This document shows positions 38,778 through 50,119 of a DNA stretch of 64,000 bases, piece by piece. A program made the translations under genes and the position numbers. Numbering within the stretch: the first letter of the stretch is position 1; each line of letters starts with the position of its first letter. Where the stretch lies: contig NC_057731.1 in assembly GCF_004010195.1 (NCBI RefSeq), positions 43,057,084 to 43,121,083 on the forward strand, read 5' to 3'. The notes beneath the pieces are model-generated. The model saw only the letters and a list, made by a program, of their open reading frames with translations, searched no databases and was not told the DNA's origin. The stretch is from Chiloscyllium plagiosum. Its lineage: Eukaryota.

Positions 38778-39434
38778 CAAAGTTATAAAGATGTACAGCA
38801 TGGTCCAACTTGTCCATGCCAACCAGATATCCTAAACTGATTTAGTCCCATTTGCCAGCATTTGTCCCATATCCCTCTAAACATTTCCTATTCATACACC
38901 CATCCAGATGCCTGTAAAATATTGCAATTGTACCAGCCTCCACCATCTCCTGTGGCAACTCATTCCATTCATACATCACCTTCTGCATGAAAAAGCTGCC
39001 CCTTGGGTCCCTTTTAAATCTTTTCCGCTCACCATAAACCTATGCCCTCTAGTTATGAACTTCCCCTACCCCAGGGAAAAGACCTGTCTACCTACCCTAT
39101 ACATGTCCCTCATGATTTTATAACCCTCTATAAGGTCACCCCTCAGCTTCCAACACCCCAGGAAATGCAGACGATTCAGCCTCTCCCTATAACTCAAATC
39201 ATCCAACCCTGGCAACATCCTTGTAAATCTTTTCTGAACCCTTTCAAGTTTCACAACATCATTCCTATAGGAGGGAGACCAGAATTGCACTCAATATTCC
39301 AAAAGCGGCCTAACCAATGTCCTGTATGGCCGCAACATGACCTCCCAAATGCCTATACTCTATGCTCTTACCAATAAAGGAAAGCACAGCAAATGCCTTC
39401 TTCACTATCCTATCTACCTGTGACTCTACTTTCG
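38778..39434 (-). mobile_element. CR1 LINE 3' fragment with 7-bp TSD
   Basis: QFWSPSYRNDVVKLERVQKRFTRMLPGL..RGDLIEGYKIM. ATTGTCA at 38771-38777 and 39435-39441. Confidence 0.9.
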
Positions 39435-39975
39435 ATTGTCAGAAAAAGCCATCTGTTTCATAATTCCTTTAGGGAAGGAAACTGCTATTTTTACCTGGTC
39501 TTACTAAATGTTACTCCAGACCCACAGCAATGTGGTCAATTCTTAACTGCCCCACATTTGCTAAGAGTATGGCATCAATCATGGGCATGATGGGTAGGAA
39601 CAGGAGACTTCCTTCCTGAAATCATTACTGATACTAATTTATCTTTCAAGGTTTACTTTATCAACTGAACATAAAGATCTCAGCTGCCAGGGTGGGATTT
39701 GAACTCATATTATATCATTAGTCAGACTTCTGCACTATATGTCCAGTAACATGACAATACCAAACCTTTCACTTTTCTGAACTGTTCATGAACCCACAAT
39801 TGTTTTTGGACCTGCACTGTTCAGCTTTTTCCCCATCCAAACAGCATGGAGCTATAATCTTATTTTAGTGCAAAATGGATAGTCTCACCTTTACAAGCAC
39901 TGAAATCCAACCGTCACTGCTTTGCTCACTCTATTAACCCCTACTGCAATTTTACTCTCCCATCTACAATACTGA

Positions 39976-40198
39976 TACAGGTAGTCCTTCTATAACACTA
40001 TGATTGTATTCTTGAGCAACTCTGCATTATAGAAAAATTGTGCTTTAGAAACAGCGCTTAAAGTGTTGGAGATATAATTGTGTTACGGCCAACACACATT
40101 TTAAAAGTTTGTGCTTTGGAAAAAGTGTCCCAGTTTGCCAATCGTGTCATAGTGAATTTGCTTTTAACAAAATGTGTTATAGCAGAATGAACTGTGTA
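39976..40198. mobile_element. Tc1/mariner (Tigger-like) MITE
   Basis: TACAGGTAGTCCTTCTATAACA / TGTTATAGCAGAATGAACTGTGTA imperfect TIRs with TA ends. Confidence 0.65.
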
Positions 40199-40284
40199 TC
40201 ACCAACCTTTGTATAATCATACAAACATACAAACTAGAGGCAGGAGGAAGCCATTCACTCTTCAGGGTAACTGCACTTTTCAAT

Positions 40285-41191
40285 ATGGGAGCATAAGAGG
40301 TATAGTTAGCAAGTTTGCAAATGACACCAAAATTGGAGGTGTAGTGGACAGCGAAGAAGGTTACCTCAGATTACAATGGGATCTTGATCGGATAGGCCAT
40401 TGGGCTGAGAAGTGGCAGATGGAGTTTAATTTAGATAAACGTGAGGTGCTGCATTTGGTAAGGTCCTCGGGAGTGTTGCTGAACAAAGAGACCTTGGAGT
40501 GCAGGTTCATAGCTCCTTGAAAGTGGAGTCACAGGTAGATAGGATTGTGAAGAAAGCGTTTGATATGCTTTCCTTTATTGGTCAGAGTATTGAGTACAGG
40601 AGTTGGGAGGTCATGTTGCGGCTGTACAGGACATTGGTTAGGCCACTATTGGAATATTACGTGCAATTCTGGTTACCTTCCTATCGGAAAGATGTTGTAA
40701 AACTTGAAAGGGTTCAGAAAAGAGTTACAAGGATGTTACCAGGGTTGGAGGATTTGAGCTATAGGGAGAGGCTGAACAGGCTGGGGCTGTTTTCCCTGGA
40801 GCGTCGGAGGCTGAGGGGTAACCTTATAGAGGTTTATAAAATCATGAGAGGCATGGATAGGATAAATAGACAAAGTCTTTTCCCTGGGATGGGGGAGTGC
40901 AGAACTATAGAGCATAGGTTTAGGGTGAGAGGAGAAAGATATAAAAGAGACCTAAGGGGTAACATTTTTACGCAGAGGGTGTTACGTATATAGAATGAAC
41001 TGCCAGCGGAAGTGGTGGAGGCTAGTACAATTGCAACATTTAAAAGGCATCTGGATGGATATATGAATTGGAAGGGTTTGGAGGGATATGAACCAAGTGC
41101 AGGTGGGACTAGATTGGGTTGGGATATCTAGTCGGCATGGACGAGTTCGACCAAAGGGTCTGTTTCCATGCTGTACATTTCTATGACTCTA
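40285..41191 (+). mobile_element. Relatively young 5'-truncated CR1 LINE
   Basis: SKFANDTKIGGVVDSEEG..WAEKWQMEFN, the 164-aa ORF2 C-terminus (40499-40993) and an intact tail. Confidence 0.92.
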
Positions 41192-41194
41192 AAA

Positions 41195-42105
41195 CAGTGA
41201 TCGATCTGTTTGTGTTCTGAATTCTACATTCCCATCTATCCCAATAACCTTTGCTTCCCTTGCCCATCAAGAATTCATCTATCTCCGACTTAAAAATATT
41301 CAATGACCTACTTCCACTACATTCAGAGACAGAAACTTCCAGAGAGCAACAAACCTCAGAAAAAATTCTTGCCTCATCTCTGTCTTAACATGTGACCCCT
41401 CATTTTCTAACAGTGTCACCTAGTTCTGGACTGGCCCACAAAGTGAACGGCCTTTCAATACCATTCAGGATGTTATACATTTCAATTAAGTCACTCCTCA
41501 TGCTTCCAAACTCCAAAACAAGCCTAGACATGTACTATTTCGTCAAAAGACAAACAACATATTCCAGATATTAATAAAGTAAGCCTCCTCTGAAACACCT
41601 CCAATACATTTACATCCTTCCTTAAATAACAAGAGCAAAACTGCTCATAGTATTTAAGATGTGATCTTACTAATGCCCTGTATAACTGAAGCACAACATT
41701 CTTTCTTTTATGCTCAACTCCTGTTGTAATAAAGGCTATTAGCCTTCATAATCATTTACTGTACCTGCATACTAACACTGAGACTTGTGCACTAGAACAT
41801 GTAGATTCTGTCATACTTCAGAATTCAGTAGCTGTTCAGTTTTTTTTTTCATTCTTGCTGCCAAAGTGAAAAATTTCACGTTTTCCCACATTACTCATTC
41901 AACCTATCTTTGTCACTCTTTTGTTTTCACAATATACTTTCTTATCCACCTGTGTCATCTGCAAATTTGACAACCATTCCTTTGATCTCCTCATCTAAGT
42001 CATTGATATAGATTGTAAGATAATGAGGGCCCTGCACAGACCCATGCAGGATCCCACTAGTCATATCATGCCAATCTGAAAAAGACCCAAATACGCATAC
42101 TTGAA
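41195..42105 (-). mobile_element. Old CR1-type LINE fragment
   Basis: Reverse-strand RT motif GTGTCATCTGCAAATT (KFADDT) and CR1-like 3' region. Confidence 0.7.
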
Positions 42106-43300
42106 CATCATAATTAATTATATCATATGATAGCGAGTCATAGGAAAATAAGATGTAAGAACTGGAGCAGATATTTGGCCCTTCAGGCCAAATGATGTGA
42201 TTTTTGCCTCATTTCTACTTTCCTGTCTGCCTGCATAACCCTGGACTGCCTTGATTATCAAAAGTAATTTTATAAGTGTCTTATTAGGACAGCTTTATTT
42301 TTTATAGAGTTGGAGCCAGATAGTAAGTAGTTAAGAAAAGAGGGGTTGGATTTGTGAATATTGTTGTTTAGTGTTCATTATTAGAGTTAAGAAAATAAAG
42401 AACTTTAAATCTGAAGAAAACCTCTTTATCTTTCCAGCAACAGTTGTTGTAAGCTGTGACTCTTAACTGTGGCTCCTATATACCAGTGGAAATATTTGGG
42501 GAAAAGACAACTGAAGCAATGTGCTGGCCAGCAGAAGAATCATATAGATCAATACAAGAATGTTAAGGGGACGTTTATAAGGATATTAGAATTTTAATTC
42601 AAGTGTTATACCCTAATGTTTTACAATGGTTTACCTGTAACTAGAATCTAACTACTTGTAATAAAGTCATTCTCGTTCAGTAGAGAAACCTGATTTGTGG
42701 TTTCTTTCGACCTGAGTCTGAGCATCAGGTAAATGTGGAGTCTTTGCATACTTCTTAAAAATTCCAACTTTTGTGACGACTTCGGGGACAGCAGTCCTCA
42801 ATTGCATGCTACCCGAGTGAATCATAACATGCATCTCTTAACAATGCAGTGAGAAGAACAGGAAAAATTAGAAACTTAATTTACAATGCACCTTCTGATC
42901 AGAGAATCATCACTAACACTGAACTGTCAGTTTAAATTTTATTTCAAAGAAGAAATCGTACTTAAAAATGTAATGGAATAAAGGGCAAACTTTAAATAGG
43001 AGACAGTTCAAGTAAAGTTGACATACATTCCCATTAGGAGGGAACACAGTGCAACCAGAGTAATGTGAATGAGCAAGGAAATGGAGATCAATATGAATTA
43101 GAAAAAAGGTGCATAATGCCAGATATCAGGTAGATAATACAGAAGAGAATGTGACTAAATACAAAAAGAAATGAAAAGGGAACTAAGACAGGCAAATAGA
43201 ATATATGAGAAGAAACAGTTAATTTAACATGGAAAAGAATGTAAAAATCTTTTGGAGTATAGTAGTGAGCAAGCTATGCATTCATAGGCAGTGCTCTTTA

Positions 43301-43615
<315 letters not shown>

Positions 43616-43859
43616 TCATGAAAATGTACAATCATGCAAGATTTTAAAGTGGGATGCAAAGACAAAAAAAAAATCATACATAAGTGTATTAGGTACAAAC
43701 ATCTGCAAGATTCTTGTGTGATGCAAAGCAATTTATTTGTTCAGAAAATGAAATTTTAAATTTAGAACATCTTAGGACCAATCTAAGACATGGATTATTA
43801 AACTGAAACTGATGGAAGTTAGCAAATAGATCATAGTGAACACATGTTTCAAAAGGGGT

Positions 43860-44905
43860 CATGTTGATTTACTGTACTGAATTTTTTAAAGTAACAAAAA
43901 TGTAAATAAGGGTAACGAAGTAGATACAATATATTTGACTTTCAAAGTGTCTGAAAATACTATTTCTAATCAGCCTGTTCAGAGATGTCATTACACACCT
44001 CTGGAACAAATGAGACTTGAACATGGGCCTACTGCTTAAAGGTAAGATTACTACCACGGCATGACAAGAACAGTAGGTTACGAGATTAGGAATCACGTTG
44101 AAAGTACAAATATGAGGAGACAAGCAAGAAGCATCAGAGATGAGAGTAAACTAGCTAATAGCACCAAGCAGAGAATGGACGTTCAATGCTCTTACTCCAA
44201 TTAACAAATGGTGGGAAGTGATGTTCCACAAGGACCACATTGGGACCACTATTGCTTACAATTTATGTAACTAATTTGCAATGGGAATCTGGAAAACCAC
44301 TTCAAAATCTGTAAATGAGATCAAATTAGTGCATGTGTAAAGGACTGTGCCAAAATACAAAATGCCAAGAATTAACCTGCAGAATGGATATGTAACTGAC
44401 AAATTGTTTGAGCTACTTTACAAGAAAAATAGGAAGTGACATATTGTTTGTGAATAAGAATCTAAATGGGGTAGAGGAACAGAGTGGTCTGGAGGTACAG
44501 ATACACAACTCAGTACATAAAATGATGAATAATAATTAACCCATTAAAAAAAAAGTACTAAGCTCCATTTTCAGAAAGAGAACTGAAAAGCAGAGGAAGT
44601 CACAGTAAACTCAATCAAACCTGGTTAGGACCACACCTAGCACTGTGAACAGTTCTTGTCTATTATAAAACTGATATAAAGCTACTGGAGAAAGTACAAA
44701 AAATATTTAATAGATTGAGATCTTTTGCTCATCAGGCAAGGATGAACAGGCTGGAATGCTTTTCTCTACAGAAGGGAAGATTGAGGGGGTGACTTGATAC
44801 AGAAGTTTTGAAGATTCAGAAATGATTTGACAGGGTTGATGTGGGAAAAAGCTGTTAATTGTAAGCAAGATCAGAACTAGGGGCCATAAATATAAAATAA
44901 CAGTA
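43860..44905 (+). mobile_element. Old CR1-type LINE fragment
   Basis: Degenerate segments GGAAGTGATGTTCCACAAGGA, CCTGGTTAGGACCACACCTAG and GATTGAGGGGTGACTTGATA. Confidence 0.6.
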
Positions 44906-45310
44906 TAGACAAACATTTGGTTCAAACTTCTGTTTTGCACAATCAAGACTATTTACACAAATTGGCAGCATAAGTGCTGATTATTGATAAGTAGACTTGG
45001 TTAAGAGGCCTTGCCAAGGAGAATGTAACAGTTAGATGATGAATGACAATGAACTACCAAGTTTTGTTTGATCCTTCTGACATCAGCTATGTCAAGATCC
45101 CTCAGGATCTTACATATTTCCACCAAGTCACCTCTTTCTCTTTAAACTGCAGCACATACAAGTCTATCCAACTTTCCTCATTAGGAAATCTGCCCATTCT
45201 AGGTATTTTTGTCTCTAACCATTCTAGGTATTAGTCTGTAAACCTTCTCTGAACTGCTTTCAATACATCTGCACCATTCCCTAAGTGGGAAGGCAAATAC
45301 TGTACATAGT

Positions 45311-45657
45311 ACCAAAAAAGAGGAAATGCTGGAAGATCTCAGCAAGTCTTGCATCATCTGCAAGGAGAGAAAAGAGCTGACGTTTCGAGTCTTAGACTCG
45401 AAACGTCAGCTCTTTTCTCTCCTTTTCCCTAAGTGGGAAGGCAAATACTGTACATAGTACCAAAAAAGAGGAAATGCTGGAAAATCTCAGCAAGTCTTGC
45501 ATCATCTGCAAGGAGAGAAAAGAGCTGACAAAGGGTCAGTTAGACTCGAAACGTCAGCTCTTTTCTCTCCTTACAGATGCTGCAAGACTTGCTGAGATTT
45601 TCCAGCATTTTCTCTTTTTTGGTTTCAGATTCCAGCATCCGCAGTAATTTGCTTTTA
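45311..45657. mobile_element. Palindromic PLE hammerhead element with a local 148-bp tandem duplication, inside an old minus-strand CR1
   Basis: Units 45277-45424 and 45425-45572. Perfect 30-bp-arm palindrome at 45362-45424. CTGACAA-A-GGGTCAGTTAGACTC-GAAA-CGTC-AGCTC at 45525-45560. Confidence 0.85.
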
Positions 45658-46359
45658 CACTGTATATAATACTTTAAATGTAGTTTTACTGATGCCCCAT
45701 ATAACTGAAGCATAACGCCCCTACTTTTGTATTTAAAAAGTCTGTTAGTATTCCCTACCCATATAATAACCTTTGCAATCCATGCACCAGGACACCCGCA
45801 ATCTCTTACCATTTAGAATTTTAAAAAATTCTTCCTGCCAAAATGGACAGTTACCCACTTTCCTACATTATACACCACTTCCAAATCCTTGGCCATTCAC
45901 TTAGCCCACCTATATCCCATTGTAGCCCCATGTTGTCTTTACAACTTGGTTTCCTATCTATAACTTTGTGACATCAGCAAATTTAACATCCATACCAATG
46001 GTCCCTTCCTCCAAGTTATAAATGATCAAAAGTTGAGGACACAGCACAGATCTCTGTGGTGCATCATTCACTGCAGCTTGCCAACCTAAACAAAAATCAC
46101 CAACTTAACACAAATATCTCATTAGCAATTTATTTTTAGAACCTAGGATGATGTCCATCAGGTCTCAGGGACAGCCCATAGCTCCAACAACTGCTCACAG
46201 CCCACAGCACTATTTCCCCAATAACTAAGCACTGGGCATCCCAATTTTGTAGTGATCTTTGATTTCCTTGAGTTCTTACTTCCTTTGCTTTTCCTGATTT
46301 ACAGCGATTTCTTCTGACATCGAGCCGTTCAGACTTGTTCCCAAGGTCCATGATAAAAG

Positions 46360-47240
46360 TGGGCAAAGTCCTCAACAGAGAATCAGTCTATGCTGTAAAT
46401 ACCACACTGACACTGCAGACTGAGGATGAACTGCAGTCGCAAAAATAAAGATTCTCTCATGACTGAAAAAATTGTTTTATTTGATCATCAGCATCAGGAA
46501 GAGAAATGTCATGGTCCAAGACATTGCTACACCATCTATCAGCAATGACAATATTACTCTGCGGGTTGTTAATAACTTCTCATTTTTGGGCTTCACAATC
46601 ACCAACCTGTCACCTGATGCTAAAATTAACAAACACATTGAAAAAGTTTCAACTGTTACGCTCTAACTGAGTAATGGTGTGTGGAACAGCAGCCACATGA
46701 CTGAGAATACTAAACTGTGAGCTTACCAAAGCTGTGTCTGCAGTATACTCCCCCATCATAGTGAGTCCTGGACAGCATATATTAGTCAGATGAAAAGTTT
46801 TGCTGTCTCAGATATATTGTCAGAATTTCTTGACAAAACAAAGTCATTAACTCGGAGTTCCTGCAGAATGCACTCGACTGCTATGCCACTGAAATCTGCT
46901 CTGCCTTGGACACGTTCATTGGATGCTTGATGGCATCCCAATTCTGTACAGTGATCTGGCCACTGGGTCATGACCTCCCATTCATCTACTGCAAGGACAA
47001 CTGAAAGTAAGACATGAAACTGGTAGATACTGCCACTGACCAATAGGAGTAGTCACCATTGTAACCTCTAAAGGCTGATTGTTTGGACAGGCACTGAAAG
47101 AGGTGAGTAAAAATGTAGTTCAGCTGGCCATAGAAGATGATCCAGTGAAAAACGAATTGTGGTCCTTCTCAGTATACTGCTTTCTTCTACAAAAGCACCA
47201 GAGACTCAAGATGGGGTTCCTAAGCCATGCCAGGTGATGC
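46360..47240 (+). mobile_element. Decayed RTE-clade LINE fragment
   Basis: LIISIRKRNVMVQD..PSISNDNITLRVVNNFSFLGFTITNLSPDAKINKHIEK matches the RTE RT C-terminal pattern (F.YLGS.I...D.EI..RI.KA). Confidence 0.65.
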
Positions 47241-48422
47241 TAATGTAGTACCAGTAGATGATACTACTGGACAAGTCAAATTCTAGAATAAAATCAGGTT
47301 TAGTAAGTCATATGATGTTTTAAATTTAGTTAACCGGTAGTCAGCCACCAGAACAGTCACATGAGAATGTAGAGCTTCTTGAACGTAAATTTACTATGCA
47401 GAAGAAATAAAAGATAAGTTAATTGTAGAATATTGTTCGAACAATATTAATACATACAGCAAAACAAAGTTTCAATCTGCTTCATAACACTGTCCCTTGC
47501 AGAAACTCAAATCCAGAGAAATTACCATTCCATATCAAATCTTTGAGTTCTGTTTAATTGAATCTCCCCACTTTCAGCTGTGTGAACTGTGGAAACTTCT
47601 TATTTGAACACTTGTAAAACTGAAAACAAACATTCACAGCTTTTTGTACCCTGCAGATTTTTAACCAAATGCTCCTGGTTTGGAAGTATCATAAATTCAA
47701 CTTTCCAACCAAAGTAACTTATTCCCCAGATTGCTCTGAAAATTCCTTGCTGGGAGAAAAACTGTACTTGTTTCTTACCTCAGACAAGTCTCTCACAAAC
47801 TGCCCTAAAAACGTTCAATCTCTGAGTTTTCTAAACTCAAACCAATCTTTAATTATTGTGAAGTGAAAACAATGTCATGGCCTTCAATGTTTCTTCTACT
47901 TGTCACAAAACTCAGTATTAACATCTTATTCCATTAAGACAATTAAAGGTTAATTCCATTGGCAATTCCATTAATGGTTTGTGTCAGCTGTTCTTTGATG
48001 CACAGTGGATTAGGTCACTGTTCCAGGATGATTGTCTGACCTAAAAAACACTCTTCACAAAAGTAACCAATGTCCGTGTACCACAATTTTAAATCTAAAC
48101 TTCATAAATGATATTAATATATATAAATCTCACAACTGTCATCACACTACAAACAACTCCTCATCATGACGCAAACCAGCATCTTATGAGATGGAAGGCT
48201 GTCAAACAAGACTGATTTTGTGGCTTAGTAGGTATCACTTCCACCTCTGAATTAGCAGGTTTCAGGCTCATGTTCCAGTTCAATACTCTCAAAAATGCGC
48301 TGTTTTAGCTGAGATGTTAAAGGAAGTTCCATTTGCCCTCTCAGGTCAAAGTGAAAGATTGCATGCAGCTATATTGAAAAGCATGGCATTTAACTCCTGT
48401 GGCCTGGATCCAATATTTATTA

Positions 48423-48626
48423 TCGGGATCAATGGTGCTGGAAGAGCACAGCAGTTCAGGTAGCATCCGAGGAGCTTCAGCAAATCGACGTTTCGGGCAA
48501 AAGCCCTTCATCAGGAAAACGTCGATTTTGCTGAAGCTCCTAGGATGCTGCCTGAACTGCTGTGCTCTTCCAGCACCAATGATCCAGAATCTGGTTTCCA
48601 GCATCTGCAGTCATTGTTTTTACCTT
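48423..48626. mobile_element. Palindromic PLE hammerhead element with perfect 14-bp TSD
   Basis: TCCAATATTTATTA at 48409-48422 and 48627-48640. Inverted arms of about 68 bp at 48426-48493 and 48517-48585. Confidence 0.88.
48482..48519 (-). ncRNA. Minimal type I hammerhead ribozyme motif, intact core
   Basis: TTC-CTGATGA-A-GGGC-TTTT-GCCC-GAAA-CG-TC|GATTT. Predicted cleavage between 48487 and 48486. Stem I is only 2 bp. Confidence 0.65.
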
Positions 48627-49280
48627 TCCAATATTTATTACTCAATTAACATCACGAAAATAATTGTGTTTTGTGCTGCTAAGATGACTTTTCTTCTGAA
48701 CTTAATCTAGGAATGGTCCCTTACCATCCAGTGCTGTGCAGGGCATAGAAGTTCAACTTTGTAAAAAACTCATCACTTAAGTCGCATACATTCTTGGAAA
48801 CCATGTTTGAATTTGCTATTCCAAAACAACTTTCTGACGTTTCTGACAAAGTCACCTCCACATAAAATCAATTTTGCTTCAATTTAGAATCCAAATGTCC
48901 AAATAATAACAATACTACAAACCTGCATTGGAGGAAGTAATAAGTGAAAGTTTTTCATATTTTTCTCTCATTTCTGAAGGCTGTCCTCAAACAGATCGCA
49001 GGGAAATCTCATGGTCGCACACATTTCCATCCCAAATCAAATTTCTAGATTTTTTCCACATTTCTTGATTTACTGAGATATTCTTTTGCTGTACTTTAAT
49101 AAAGAAGTTTTGTAGAGTAACCTTAAATACCTTTGCAATGTAAACAGAAAGTACTGGAGAAGTACTTTGGTTCCAAGGCAAGTCATATTGGACTTCAAAT
49201 ATAAACTGATTTTCTAAGAAAAAAAAATACATATTGGACATGAAATGTTAATTCTAATTCTCTTTACATAGATGGTGCTG

Positions 49281-49520
49281 GGTCAAAAAGTGTGGCGCTG
49301 GAAAAGCACAGCAGGTCAGGCAGCATCCAAGGAGCAGGAGAGTTGATATTTTGAACATATGCTCTTCATCAGTATGCTGAATCAGGATGTATCCTGATGA
49401 AGAGCTTACGCTCAAAATGTTGACTCTCCTGCTCCTTGGATGCTGCCTGACCTGCTGTGCTTTTCCACTGAATTACATTTTGACTCTGATCTTTAGCATT
49501 TGCAGCCCTCTCTTTCTCCT
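49281..49520. mobile_element. Head-to-head palindromic PLE element with two CpG-decayed hammerhead motifs
   Basis: GCTCTTCATCAG at 49361-49372 and CCTGATGAAGAGCTTACGCTCAAAATGTTG at 49393-49422. Imperfect flanking repeat CATAGATGGTGCTGG / CATACATGCTGCTGG. Confidence 0.8.
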
Positions 49521-49597
49521 CATACATGCTGCTGGACCTATTAAGTTTCTCCATCATTTATGTTTTTCCATTTCAGATCTTCAGTACTGTCATTGAG

Positions 49598-49716
49598 TTT
49601 GGAGAGATATGGGCCTGTTGCTGGCAGGTGGGACAAGTTTGGGTTGGGATATCTGGTCGGCATGGACAGGTTGGACCAAAGGGTCTGTTTCCATGCTGCA
49701 CATCTCTATGACTCTA
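49598..49716 (+). mobile_element. CR1 LINE 3' tail
   Basis: GGGATATCTGGTCGGCATGGAC..GGGTCTGTTTCCATGCTGCACATCTCTATGACTCTA. Confidence 0.88.
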
Positions 49717-50119
49717 CTTAATTTTTACTTTGACGTCATATTCTTTAGGTAACTGGCATTGATTTTCCGAAGTTAAGGCAAAAGGTTCTCTTGACCTCCC
49801 TGGGGACTCAGCAAAAGTCATGATTTGACGGGTCCATTGGAATTCACCAATGGTTGGGGAGGGGGGTTTTCCAGTAATGAGTCAATATTTGCAGTTGCTA
49901 TCTATGAATATATACGTATTCATTGATAGTCTCAGGAAGTGAGAGTAATTTTAAGGGTGGCTAGAATGATGATACCATTTGCAGTGTGTTTCTGGGTTCC
50001 AAGTATGATAGTACTCACATATGGGGGTTCCATTTCCACACTCAAAATTTCTGAAACCCTGATAACAAGTACATCAAGGGTGTCATAATTTTTACAGCAA
50101 GCACCAGGACATCTTTTAA

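Larger units (their letters stand above)
38435..39570 (+). mobile_element. tRNA-derived SINE split by two nested insertions
   Basis: Head GGGGCCGAGTGGTATTATCACTGGACTGCTAATCCAGAG..GGGTTCAAATTCC. The body resumes at 39435 (GATTGTCAGAAAAAGCCATCTG..CCTTTAGGGAAGGAAA). Confidence 0.8.
48220..48690 (+). mobile_element. Deu-domain tRNA SINE (SacSINE1-like) hosting a hammerhead element
   Basis: GCTGTTTTAGCTGAGATGTTAAA..TTTGCCCTCTCAGGT..AAAGAT..CTATATTGAA..CCAATATTTATT..CTCAATTAACATCAC resembles the Deu core. Confidence 0.65.
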
